DNA from: Candidatus Spongiisociaceae bacterium
Lineage (GTDB): Bacteria > Actinomycetota > Acidimicrobiia > Spongiisociales > Spongiisociaceae
Direction: 5' to 3'
Length of the DNA: 64,000 nt
Assembly (NCBI GenBank): GCA_965262915.1
Contig: OZ253564.1
Location: 4,416,001 to 4,480,000 of the forward strand
This document shows positions 12,049 to 20,907 of the stretch, piece by piece. Positions within the stretch are counted from its first letter, which is position 1. Each line of letters starts with the position of its first letter. The notes under the pieces are model-generated. The model worked only from the letters and a program-made list of their open reading frames with translations. It made no database searches and was not told the origin of the DNA. Made by a program: the position numbers and the translations under genes.

Positions 12049-13218
12049 TCAGTTGATCTTGAGTGAGGGTACGTAGTGGCCGTCAGCTCTGTGGTATACG
12101 GTCACTCGTTCAAGTACCTGTGGGTTGATGGCTTGGCCGACGGTGACCGCGGCCGAGAGGGGTATGGCTGCGGTGAGGTGGATGTTGCGGGTCTGTTTGT
12201 GGTTGTGTTCGATCGCTGCGAAGACGTCGTAGCAGGTTGAGCGGAAGTGGTCGAGTGTGGCGCGGGATTCGATGGCGTTGGCGTGGGGCGGGCTGTCACC
12301 GGCTAAGCGGATGGTGTAGGTGGGGAGGTCCTGGAGGTCGGCAGGGAGTTCGGCTCTGTGGATGGATCCGGACACGTTGATAACGACATTGACGGCGGTG
12401 GCAGGTGAGGGTGCTGGTGTCTCGACGACGAAGTCGCTCTCGTCGGCGGTGTCGGGCCAGTCCCAGGACTGGGTACGACGCGAGCGCTGGTAGATGTCGG
12501 TGCTGAAACTGTCGTCGAGTTTGGAGCCGAGGTAGACGAGCAGGGGTAGGCGGGCGAACGCAAAGACGCTGACGTGGCCGATGTGGTCGCGGGCGATGCC
12601 GTCTCGGAGACGTCCGTCGACGAGTTCGTCGATGGCTAGGCACGCGTCGGCGAAGTATGTGTCGCTGCTGGCCTGTTCGCTGGGGCGGCCGCGTAGATCG
12701 CATTCGATGGTGGCGTGGTCAACGGCGAGCGCGAAGTCGGGGAAGCGGTCGCCGGTTCTGAGGCAGGCGCTGGTGGCTTCGAGTCGGGTGCACTGCACGG
12801 TGTTGCCGTAGATATCGCCGATGACGCGGAGGACGACGGTTCGTTCGCGTTTGACCATCGCGGTGGCCTTGCGGATTCGGCGTTCGTGGTGACGTTTCGC
12901 TGTTTTGAGGGTGTCCACATCGAAGGCGGCGAGGTTGGCGGTGGCGTCGATCTGGGGATGGTGGTATGGGCATAGGAGCATGAGGTTGTCGGGGTCGTCG
13001 GGATCCTCGCCGGGGAGTAGATATTCATGGCGAGGCGACCTCGACTTGGTAGGCGAGGCCGGTTCGTGTCGGCGGGTGCGTCTCTTGCCCTTGATGTGGG
13101 CCACCTCGCCGACGTTGGGCGTGGCGGATCCGATGTCGCCGTCGAGGAGGTAGGTGTTGCACACTACGCACCGGCCGCCTGAGCGAACCCAGACTTTTCG
13201 TCGGTCCGAGTCCTTCAC
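12049..13218 (-). CDS. CBASS effector, HNH endonuclease-SAVED (Cap5-like)
   Basis: RSGGRCVVC...GEVAHI...NLMLLCPYHHPQID; SAVED motifs VFAFARLPLLVYLGSKL, INVSG and IHL..AIPLSAAVTVGQ. GTG start overlapping the upstream stop is inferred. Confidence 0.85.
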   Translation of the reverse strand: MKDSDRRKVWVRSGGRCVVCNTYLLDGDIGSATPNVGEVAHIKGKRRTRRHEPASPTKSRSPRHEYLLPGEDPDDPDNLMLLCPYHHPQIDATANLAAFDVDTLKTAKRHHERRIRKATAMVKRERTVVLRVIGDIYGNTVQCTRLEATSACLRTGDRFPDFALAVDHATIECDLRGRPSEQASSDTYFADACLAIDELVDGRLRDGIARDHIGHVSVFAFARLPLLVYLGSKLDDSFSTDIYQRSRRTQSWDWPDTADESDFVVETPAPSPATAVNVVINVSGSIHRAELPADLQDLPTYTIRLAGDSPPHANAIESRATLDHFRSTCYDVFAAIEHNHKQTRNIHLTAAIPLSAAVTVGQAINPQVLERVTVYHRADGHYVPSLKIN

Positions 13219-14945
13219 TGGTCGTACTCGAGGTAGCGATGGCCGGGGAGGTTGATGCCGGAGTGCGGCATGTTGATGAGGTGCATGCCAACAGTGTGGG
13301 CGCCGATGTGGCCCGCGATGAGGTTCAGCATTGTCGCGGCGAGGCCTGCAGCGTCGGCGGCCGAGCCGTGGAACGTCGGTGTCGAGCATCCCGGCATGGG
13401 CAGGACCAGGTCTCCAGGGTTCGGGTCGGTCCAGAACCGGTGGAACGGTTCGAGGCCACCTTGTGCGAGTACGGCCTGGCTCAGTTCGGTTTGGACGTGC
13501 ATGGGCGAGACCGCTCCGGAGCCGACGACGACTATGCCGAGGGTTGCTGATTGTGCGTCGGTTGCGACTGACGCTACGACCGGACCAGTAGTTGGAGTGT
13601 CGGCCATCGCAGCCTGCAGGAATGCGCCAACGGACTCGGAGACCGTGGCGTCGATGAGGAGGTCGCAGTCGGGGACAGCGCCGGCGCCGACTGCGGATCC
13701 GGGCTTGGCGTCGATTTGTGCGAGGTCGGCTATGGCGTCAAGGCGGGCCTTCAGTTGGGTGGCCTTGGCGAAGCCGACGTCGTCCTCGGTGAAGTTCTGG
13801 CGGACAAGGAGGTCGCCTTGGACGCCGCCGTGGTCTCTGAGCGTGAGGTGTGCGACACCGGCTCGGATCAGGTATTCGCCGAGCCAGGAGCCGAGTCCGC
13901 CGCAGCCCCACAGCTCGACGGCGCGGCCGCGTAGCGCAGTGACGGGCCTGGTTTCGTCGCGTCGGGTTGCGTGTTCGGGTCGTTGATCCGACATGTTGCA
14001 CCATTCGATGGGAGTGTCGTGTCCGATTGCTAGGGATATCTCCGCTGGGGAGCGCGCAGCTGGGTTCCAGGAGTCAGATCGGATCGTGATGCGTCCGACG
14101 CACAGGTGCCAACCCGGCTCGGGAAGCGATGGCTGGCGGGCGACGGCCAACACGACGTAGAGGAGGCCGCTGGGGCCGTCGGCTGCGTGGGTCCGTTCGA
14201 GCGCGCCGGCGATCGCGTGCCAGGGCGGCCCGCCTGCGGCCTTAAGCGCTGCTCGGAGTTGGCCGACGGTGTTTCCGGGCCCGTAGGGCATGCGGTCGGG
14301 GACCGAGATGGTGAGCACACGAAGCGCTGGGCGCACAGCGTTCTTGGCAGGCGGGTCGATGTCGATGCGGCGGGCCGTGCGGGGCGTGGCGGATCCGAGC
14401 GATAGGGGCTTTCCTGGGATGCCGGGGAATCGGCGTACGACTGTGGTCGGCGCTCCACTGGTCACGGGGTTTCGGCCGCCGATGGGGTGGAACAGCGCGG
14501 TCGCGGCGTCGAAGCGGTCGTTGGCGGCGTTGTCGAGGAACTTCCAGATCTGTTCGAGGACATCGCGCATCCCACCAGATGGATGCCACTCGCGGTCTTC
14601 GTCGAGATAGATGCAGAGCTCTTTGCCGTAGAGGACGTGGACGACGTCGACGAAGCGGTTGTGCTGGACGTACACCGTGGGCGTTTTCGCCGGGAAGCGA
14701 GGCCCGACGACGATGGTTACGTCCTCTTGGTCGGCCAGTAGTTCCGAAGCCGATGGCGCGTCGATCGTGCGTGTCGAAAGGGAGACGTCCACTGCCAGAT
14801 AGGCGTGCTCTGCAGTGGGGGATGTTATGCATTGGGGTTGGCCGACAGCGACTATGTCATGCGGCTTCGCGGCGGCGAGGTCGCGCAGTTCAGCGAGTGC
14901 GGCCTTCTGGCCGGGGGACCACGCCGGTTTGCGGGAGCGCCTCAT
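13215..14945 (-). CDS. CBASS Cap2-like E2-E1 (ThiF) enzyme
   Basis: N-terminal FPAKTP...HV...LCIY (E2-like); C-terminal WGCGGLGS, LVRQ and PGCSTPTFHGS (E1-like); translationally coupled to both neighbours. Confidence 0.82.
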   Translation of the reverse strand: MRRSRKPAWSPGQKAALAELRDLAAAKPHDIVAVGQPQCITSPTAEHAYLAVDVSLSTRTIDAPSASELLADQEDVTIVVGPRFPAKTPTVYVQHNRFVDVVHVLYGKELCIYLDEDREWHPSGGMRDVLEQIWKFLDNAANDRFDAATALFHPIGGRNPVTSGAPTTVVRRFPGIPGKPLSLGSATPRTARRIDIDPPAKNAVRPALRVLTISVPDRMPYGPGNTVGQLRAALKAAGGPPWHAIAGALERTHAADGPSGLLYVVLAVARQPSLPEPGWHLCVGRITIRSDSWNPAARSPAEISLAIGHDTPIEWCNMSDQRPEHATRRDETRPVTALRGRAVELWGCGGLGSWLGEYLIRAGVAHLTLRDHGGVQGDLLVRQNFTEDDVGFAKATQLKARLDAIADLAQIDAKPGSAVGAGAVPDCDLLIDATVSESVGAFLQAAMADTPTTGPVVASVATDAQSATLGIVVVGSGAVSPMHVQTELSQAVLAQGGLEPFHRFWTDPNPGDLVLPMPGCSTPTFHGSAADAAGLAATMLNLIAGHIGAHTVGMHLINMPHSGINLPGHRYLEYDQ

Positions 14946-15952
14946 CCGCCTTGTGGCTTGCGATACGACGCGCTCGCGACCGCGCCAACGCCGAGGCGAT
15001 TCGAGTTCTTCTTAGGCGCCGGCGCCGGGAAGCCGTCACCGAAGACCTCTTTCCAGAGCTTGACCGACTCGTCGCTGTCGGACTCAAGGTATGCGGCTTC
15101 GATATCGGCGGCGTGCTTGTGGATCTCGTTGCGGAACGTGTCGTAGGCGGCTTGGTCCCAGCGATGGTCGAAGTCGACGGGGGTGCCGTCGGGACGTTGA
15201 GCCCCGGAGGGGTCAACGATGGTCGGTACTTCGGCGTTGTCTTGCAGGTAGTCGTCGAGGTCTTTGACGATGTGCAACAGTGCGGTCGGGAGGTTGTCGT
15301 AGTAGCCGGGGTCGGCGGCTTTGCGGTCGGCGGTGACTTGGGCCCCAACCAGTGCCGTCAAGATGACTGATGGTGTGCCTTCGAAGGTGCCGTGGTGGTC
15401 GCGGAGGTACTTCAGGAGCCGGATGACCTTGCGCATGTTGTGGTTGGCGATCTTGTCCTTGGCGTGCATCCAGGCGGTAAAGCCTTCGGGGTCGGTGTCT
15501 TCCCAGTCGTCGATGTCTCGATTGACAATGACCTTGCGACCGTCGTCAAGGATTCGGTAGGGGACGAGGTCGACGTGGTGCTCGCTGGCGTAGATCACCC
15601 GGACGCAGCGCGACTTGGTGTCGTCGTCGACCATGTCGCTGTAGGTTCCGTGGCGAGCGAGGGCCGCTTCGAGTTCGACGAGATACGAGCTTGGGCTGCC
15701 GTCCCAGTCAGGATGCCCGTCAAGCTTGATTAGGACGTCTGCGTCGAACTCGTGGCCTTCGATCGGTTTGATGATCGTTTCATGAGGCCATGACCCCTGC
15801 GGGATCTTGTCGACGACATAGGGGCCGAACGTGTCGTCACCGCTGAGGGCATCGAAGATAGCGTCGACGTTGGTTTCTAGTTCGTCGAGGCGTGTCTGGT
15901 TGATGTTGACGACGTTGTCCATGAATTCGGTGAACGACGAGATGTGCATCAT
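14942..15952 (-). CDS. cGAS/DncV-like nucleotidyltransferase (CD-NTase, SMODS)
   Basis: PQGSW..ETIIKP...EFDAD, RCVRV.Y...HVDLVP, TDPEGF and IRLLKYLRD motifs; ends in PQGG. Confidence 0.9.
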   Translation of the reverse strand: MMHISSFTEFMDNVVNINQTRLDELETNVDAIFDALSGDDTFGPYVVDKIPQGSWPHETIIKPIEGHEFDADVLIKLDGHPDWDGSPSSYLVELEAALARHGTYSDMVDDDTKSRCVRVIYASEHHVDLVPYRILDDGRKVIVNRDIDDWEDTDPEGFTAWMHAKDKIANHNMRKVIRLLKYLRDHHGTFEGTPSVILTALVGAQVTADRKAADPGYYDNLPTALLHIVKDLDDYLQDNAEVPTIVDPSGAQRPDGTPVDFDHRWDQAAYDTFRNEIHKHAADIEAAYLESDSDESVKLWKEVFGDGFPAPAPKKNSNRLGVGAVASASYRKPQGG

Positions 15953-15958
15953 CGGAGG

Positions 15959-16291
15959 TCAGCCTTTCTGCTGAGATCGGGAGTGCCCCGAGCGCTGTTC
16001 GCCCGTGGTCTGAGACCACTTCGCGGTCAGTATGACGACGGGGTGTGACAGTCGCGATGTGAGCGTCGGCGGAGAGACGGCCCTCGTGCCGGTGCGCAAG
16101 TACCTCCCATTTCGACCCTGCACGACGCGGATCCCGGTACCTCCAAACTCCCACGGCACGTGGTACACGTGGGTCTTGGCGTCGATGTCGCGGATCCCGG
16201 TCGGCTTGGAGACGGACGAGCAGGTCGAGGACCGGTTGCGCAGATGGGTGATCGCGCCGTCTTTGCCGGATCGGGTCACTGCTCTGTTCAT
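15959..16291 (-). pseudogene. DUF3892-like small protein, probably decayed at the C-terminus
   Basis: MNRAVTRSGKDGAITHL...IRDID..THVYHV...IRVVQGRNGRYLRT; the usual NNLxxLP end is absent. Confidence 0.55.
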
Positions 16292-16388
16292 CGGGACTCC
16301 CTGTGGTTCACTATCCAAAACACGGTGGTTTGTGGTAACGAACATACAGGCTCGGGCCGCCGATGTCAACCATCGCGCGCAGAAATGT

Positions 16389-16417
16389 TTGAGATTGCGA
16401 ACGAGTGGTGCCATAAT
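16389..16417 (+). promoter_or_regulatory. Sigma70-type promoter for a probably leaderless transcript
   Basis: TTGAGA-17 bp-CATAAT; ATG begins 7 nt after the -10 box. Confidence 0.6.
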
Positions 16418-16424
16418 CTGTTGC

Positions 16425-16814
16425 ATGGCGACGAACTCACTGGCCGGCCGGCTCCGCGATGTGCGTACTGTGCAGTCGCTTTCGCTTACGGAGGTCGCAA
16501 CTCGCGCTCGGATCTCCAAGGGGTATCTTTCCCAACTCGAACACGGTGCCTCGACGACGCCGAGCCATGATGTGTTACGTCGTTTGGCGACGGCGTTGGG
16601 TACCTCGATCGCTGATCTGACGGGCACCTCTGAAACCTGGCAGCCAGGCGAAGCCGACAAGCTGCCGGCGGCGCTTCGGGCCTTCGCCCGCAGCGCCAAG
16701 ATCCCCGAGGCCGACGTTGAGATGCTGGCCGGGATTCACTACCGAGGTAAGCAACCAGGAGAACCCGACGATTGGGCCCACATCTATGAAACGATCAAGC
16801 GCACAATCCGCTAA
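16425..16814 (+). CDS. XRE-family HTH regulator
   Basis: LRDVR...SLTEVATRARISKGYLSQLEHG...LATALG; C-terminal YRGKQP..PDDW. Confidence 0.85.
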   Translation: MATNSLAGRLRDVRTVQSLSLTEVATRARISKGYLSQLEHGASTTPSHDVLRRLATALGTSIADLTGTSETWQPGEADKLPAALRAFARSAKIPEADVEMLAGIHYRGKQPGEPDDWAHIYETIKRTIR

Positions 16815-16825
16815 CAGGGAGAACC

Positions 16826-17311
16826 ATGACTCTTCGTGAACACATTTCTGGCGTAGAAAGCGTCGCGAGTCTGACGGGGCTGGGACGGCTGGCTGATCGA
16901 GCGGCGCTGGCGGTGCACCGGGCCGAGATCGGCGCGCTTGACGACGACGGTCGTAAGGCACTCCACGACGCCCGAACCCTACTAGTGCAGTTGCAGAGCT
17001 TCGCAGGGATGACTGTGCCGACTCGCGCGGCCCTGCAGGCTATGGGCCCCATCTCAGTACTCGAAGAGACGTTCGGAGCTGCGTCGCGAACGAACGACCA
17101 AGTCGATGTCGGCTCGTTCGTTGAGCAGCTGATCGAGTCGATCGACTCGATCGTCGCGGGATCAGGAACCGCCGAACAAACTCGCGTCGTCGCCACGTTC
17201 TTCGATGGCCTCGGCGCGGCGACCCTCGATCGCGCGATGTCGATGGCACGGCGCGGCCCGGAACGGAGACAAAGATGGATGAGCGAGGCCTTGAGCTCGT
17301 CAAACGCCTGA
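16826..17311 (+). CDS. Hypothetical helical protein
   Basis: RBS GGGAGA; operonic spacing. Confidence 0.7.
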   Translation: MTLREHISGVESVASLTGLGRLADRAALAVHRAEIGALDDDGRKALHDARTLLVQLQSFAGMTVPTRAALQAMGPISVLEETFGAASRTNDQVDVGSFVEQLIESIDSIVAGSGTAEQTRVVATFFDGLGAATLDRAMSMARRGPERRQRWMSEALSSSNA

Positions 17312-18534
17312 TCGCTGGCCACATCGGCAGCGCGCTTCGAGGGCAACCGAAGAGCCACTCCGGCCGAGGCGCCCGGCTCTTTGACCTGCACCGCCGAGTG
17401 ATCGAACAGGCCGAAGAGACACTTTCAGACGTTGACGCCAAACTCGAAGCCAGCGACGACGCCAAGATCCGGCGCTACGCGGAGCGGGCGCTGCATCGGA
17501 CGCTGACAGAGGTCGAGATCATTCTGCCGTTTCTGCGACCGCTGATGGAAAGCGTTCGCAGAGATGACGTACCGATCGGCATGCTGGTAGCGCTCGACTC
17601 GGCTATCGAAGCGTTGCTGCCCGCAGGCGCGGACCCCGTTGTCCACTTCGACAGCGCCCACATGTACTCGACGCTCGACCTGTACGAGATGCTCAACTGG
17701 CCACAGGAGAACGAGCCAACACCGGTCGCGTTCTTCGTGCCGGTGCTGAGCCCGTTCAACGCTCTCATGACCCCGCTGCTCGTCCACGAGATCGGACATA
17801 CTGCGATCCTCCAAGCGAACCTGGGGAGCGCTGCGGTGAGCGTTGCGAGCGACGAGCTCAACAGGTTGCTCGCGCGGTACGTCTCCGATGCAGAAACCAA
17901 AACCCGCTTCGAGGTCCAAACCCAGCTTGTGGGCTGGGTTGACGAGCTGCTCTGTGACAGCTTGGCGACAGCGATCTGTGGTCCTAGCTACCTCTTTTCC
18001 GCGGCCTCATTCCTTCCGGCCACGGCGCACGACGACCCCGCGAGCAGCCACCCCTTCCCGAGCGACCGACTCCGCTTCTCCCTGGCGTCGTTGGAGGCCA
18101 GCGGCTGGAGCGACTTCATGGAGGCCACATGTCCCGAGACCGTCGGATGGCTCCGGCGGCGGGCGACTCCCCGCACGCCAACATCGGGACATGAGCGGTT
18201 CCTGCGCGAGGCATGCGAGGCACTGGCGCCGGCGATCGAGTCGACAGTCTCTAAACATGTCTCGGAGGCGATTGACGCCGAGGGGTACGCCGCGGTCGCT
18301 CCGCACGCCTTGGATCAACTGCGCATGCGCGTGCCAGCAAGTGAGATCAACCAGAAGCCCATCGAACCGTGGCAGATCCTGGTGCTGGGATGGCAGTGGT
18401 CCTTCGAGGTTCACGGCGACTCACCGGCAACCCTGGCTCAGGCGCCAAACGACCCCGAGCTGAGCCGAGTGCTGTTACGCGCCATCGAGATGGCGCAGAT
18501 CCGTCGCCTATGGAGCGATCACGATGCTGTCTGA
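17275..18534 (+). CDS. HExxH metallopeptidase-like protein
   Basis: LVHEIGH, ELLCD...GPSY and SHPFPSDRL motifs. Confidence 0.7.
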   Translation: MDERGLELVKRLIAGHIGSALRGQPKSHSGRGARLFDLHRRVIEQAEETLSDVDAKLEASDDAKIRRYAERALHRTLTEVEIILPFLRPLMESVRRDDVPIGMLVALDSAIEALLPAGADPVVHFDSAHMYSTLDLYEMLNWPQENEPTPVAFFVPVLSPFNALMTPLLVHEIGHTAILQANLGSAAVSVASDELNRLLARYVSDAETKTRFEVQTQLVGWVDELLCDSLATAICGPSYLFSAASFLPATAHDDPASSHPFPSDRLRFSLASLEASGWSDFMEATCPETVGWLRRRATPRTPTSGHERFLREACEALAPAIESTVSKHVSEAIDAEGYAAVAPHALDQLRMRVPASEINQKPIEPWQILVLGWQWSFEVHGDSPATLAQAPNDPELSRVLLRAIEMAQIRRLWSDHDAV

Positions 18535-19162
18535 CATCGCCATCCGCGCCGTCCTCAACCATCACGATGCGGACCAGCGGCTTGTCGTGTGCCCGATGCT
18601 CGACGCCGAACAGATCGGCTCGGCATCGATCGATCTTCGCCTCGGCACCGAGTTCATGGAAGTACAGCGAACGAAGCAAGGCGTCCTCGACCCGTTCTCT
18701 GAACACGATGAGCAGCGCTTCAACGTCCCGTTTGGCAACCAACTCATCATCCACCCGGGCCAGTTTCTGTTGGGGTCGACACTCGAGTACCTACGAGTAC
18801 CGCGCCAGCTCGCAGGCCAAATCCTGAACCGGTCTTCATGGGCCCGCAACGGTCTCCTCGTCGCCACAGCAGTGAGCGTGCACCCGGGGTTCACTGGCGC
18901 GCTGACACTCGAACTGGTCAACGGCGGAACCGTTCCCCTCAACCTCATCACCGGAACTCGGATCTGCCAACTCGTGCTCTGGAAACTCGACCAGGAGACC
19001 TCACAGCCATATCCCGACTCTGCCAAGTACGACACACCCCTCGGCCCGCAGCCATCAAGACTCAGCCGAGAGGCCGAGGAACAGACCCGGATCATGGCCG
19101 TCGGTAACCGGCTCCGGGGCCTCTTCCCGAAAGCAAGCGAAACCGATACACACGCAGAATGA
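18524..19162 (+). CDS. dcd: dCTP deaminase-like protein (trimeric dUTPase fold)
   Basis: MLSD, ASIDLRLG, RSSWARNGL, PGFTGALTLEL and RICQL motifs. Confidence 0.88.
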   Translation: MLSDIAIRAVLNHHDADQRLVVCPMLDAEQIGSASIDLRLGTEFMEVQRTKQGVLDPFSEHDEQRFNVPFGNQLIIHPGQFLLGSTLEYLRVPRQLAGQILNRSSWARNGLLVATAVSVHPGFTGALTLELVNGGTVPLNLITGTRICQLVLWKLDQETSQPYPDSAKYDTPLGPQPSRLSREAEEQTRIMAVGNRLRGLFPKASETDTHAE

Positions 19163-19585
19163 GCGCGAACCGCAACTTGGAGTCTTACCCCATCCATACA
19201 CACATATGTAACTGCACAACCGCAAATAGGTGAACCCAACGGGGATCGACGGTGCCCGAGAACTCCCACTACTGGTCTGCCCAGACTTATGCCGCGGTCG
19301 AGATAGAAGAATCTCGAACCAGGCCATCCACCACAGGGGCTTGGAGCCAGAGGGTTCTCCGCTCTCATCACAGACACCACCCCAGACATCCAGCTTCGCC
19401 TCGTTTCGGCGCCGAGGTTGGCCGGTGTTCGGAGGCCGATTTCGGGTGCTGTCCCGCCGAAACGTGGTACTAAAAGTGGGACGTGACCACTCGACCGTTG
19501 CCTAGCACACCCTGTTAGCTGGCTGTTCGCCGTTGTGGGCAGCGGAGTACCCCTCCGCTGGGGACTCAGGGGAGCCAAGACCACC

Positions 19586-20095
19586 CTACGGCTGCCCGTC
19601 GACCTCGTGGGGGATCATCGGGGACATACCGGCCGCAGCCGCCACGTCCTGCTGGGGATGCTCGGCGGAGAGCGCGACGGAGAGGGCCTCATACCAGCGC
19701 TGGCGGGCGATGTCCAGGGCCCCGGTAGCCACGTCCTGCTGGGGATGCCCGGCGGAGAGCGCGACGGAGAGGGCCTCATACCAGCGCTGGCGGGCGATGT
19801 GCAGGGCCCCGGTAGCCGCTGCGAGGTTCTCTAGGTCGGTGGGTGGTTGCCGCCCGCAGCCGCCCTTCTCTTCGGCCTCGCGGCGACGCTCGTCGGTTCG
19901 GTAGTCGATGTGTTGGTCGGCTTTCCGTTGGTTGCAGGGTCGGCAGAGGGTTTGGAGGTTGTTCCAACCGCTCTTCCCGTCGGCGGCTTTGGGGAGTATG
20001 TGGTCTACCTGAAGCTTGCTGCTGCTTCTACAGTAGAGGCAGCGTTTCTTATCGAGGTGACGGACCTGTCGTTTACGCTTTGGTGTGATGGCCAT
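19586..20095 (-). CDS. HNH endonuclease with a duplicated helical C-terminus
   Basis: CLYC...VDHILP..ADG...NLQTLCRPCNQRK; 87-bp tandem duplication with units starting at 19641 and 19728. Confidence 0.8.
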   Translation of the reverse strand: MAITPKRKRQVRHLDKKRCLYCRSSSKLQVDHILPKAADGKSGWNNLQTLCRPCNQRKADQHIDYRTDERRREAEEKGGCGRQPPTDLENLAAATGALHIARQRWYEALSVALSAGHPQQDVATGALDIARQRWYEALSVALSAEHPQQDVAAAAGMSPMIPHEVDGQP

Positions 20096-20350
20096 TCGCC
20101 GGAGCATAGGGGGACACTGTGACGCCCTCCCGCAGCGGAGACAGGTTTTGGGGTGTTTTCGCCCGAAACTGACGGCTCGAAAACGCTTGGAGGCTGAGGC
20201 CGGGTCTGGCCTGGCCCTTCCCCGCTGCCAACAACGGACGACCCTTCCGCTGCGGGAATTAGGCAGGCCGGGCATCTCAGGACAGCCAGCGCCACAGCCC
20301 CCCGTCCAGATCCTCGCCGGAGGTGATGACCTCGGATCCGGCGTGTAGCT

Positions 20351-20688
20351 GGGGTGACCGTAGTAAATGGACAAAGTGTTACGGTTTCGGGGGGATCCGT
20401 AGGGGTCGGAGTTGGCCGTGGGGTGGTGGTGCGGGGTTGGTGAAGTCGTATCGGCCGTAGAGGTTGATGTGTTTGTGGGTGGCGGGGGAGAGATGGGTGA
20501 GGTGATGGTCGGGGGGGTGTGTTCCGGTTGCTTTGAGGTCGGACGGCCAACAGCCAAGTCCGAAACCCCGCCTCCCTGCATCGCCGCTACTCCTGGTCAG
20601 GAGCCGACTGCGGCAGCAGGTACTGGCCGCTGGTCATGAAACCGTAACATTTTGTCTGTGGCCTCCGTCCATTTACTACGGTCACCCC
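20351..20688. mobile_element. Tn3-derived miniature element
   Basis: GGGGTGACCGTAGTAAATGGAC... inverted repeats at both ends; internal TnpA C-terminal remnant HINLYGRYDF. Confidence 0.8.
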
Positions 20689-20907
20689 GCTCCCTTCTGC
20701 CCAGGTGAAGATCCGCCGGGTCGGCGTCGTGCGGACGCTGATATCGAGGATGACAAGTGACCAGTCTTGGCGGGTGGCGCGGTCGGCTAGGGCGAGGATG
20801 TCGGAGGAGTTACGGCCGAAGACGGGAGACGACCGACACGTCAGCCCGGCCTTCGTTGAGGCCCTGGAGGATGCGCCTTATTGGGCTCATCGATGCTCCT
20901 ATGGTTG

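Noticed and set aside
13219-13389. N-terminal extension of the SAVED ORF
   Set aside because: Overlaps the Cap2-like gene in another frame with low-complexity Arg/Pro sequence.
16032-16424. N-terminal extension of the 260-aa ORF
   Set aside because: The HTH and a promoter point to ATG 16425; the extension overlaps the opposite-strand DUF3892-like gene.
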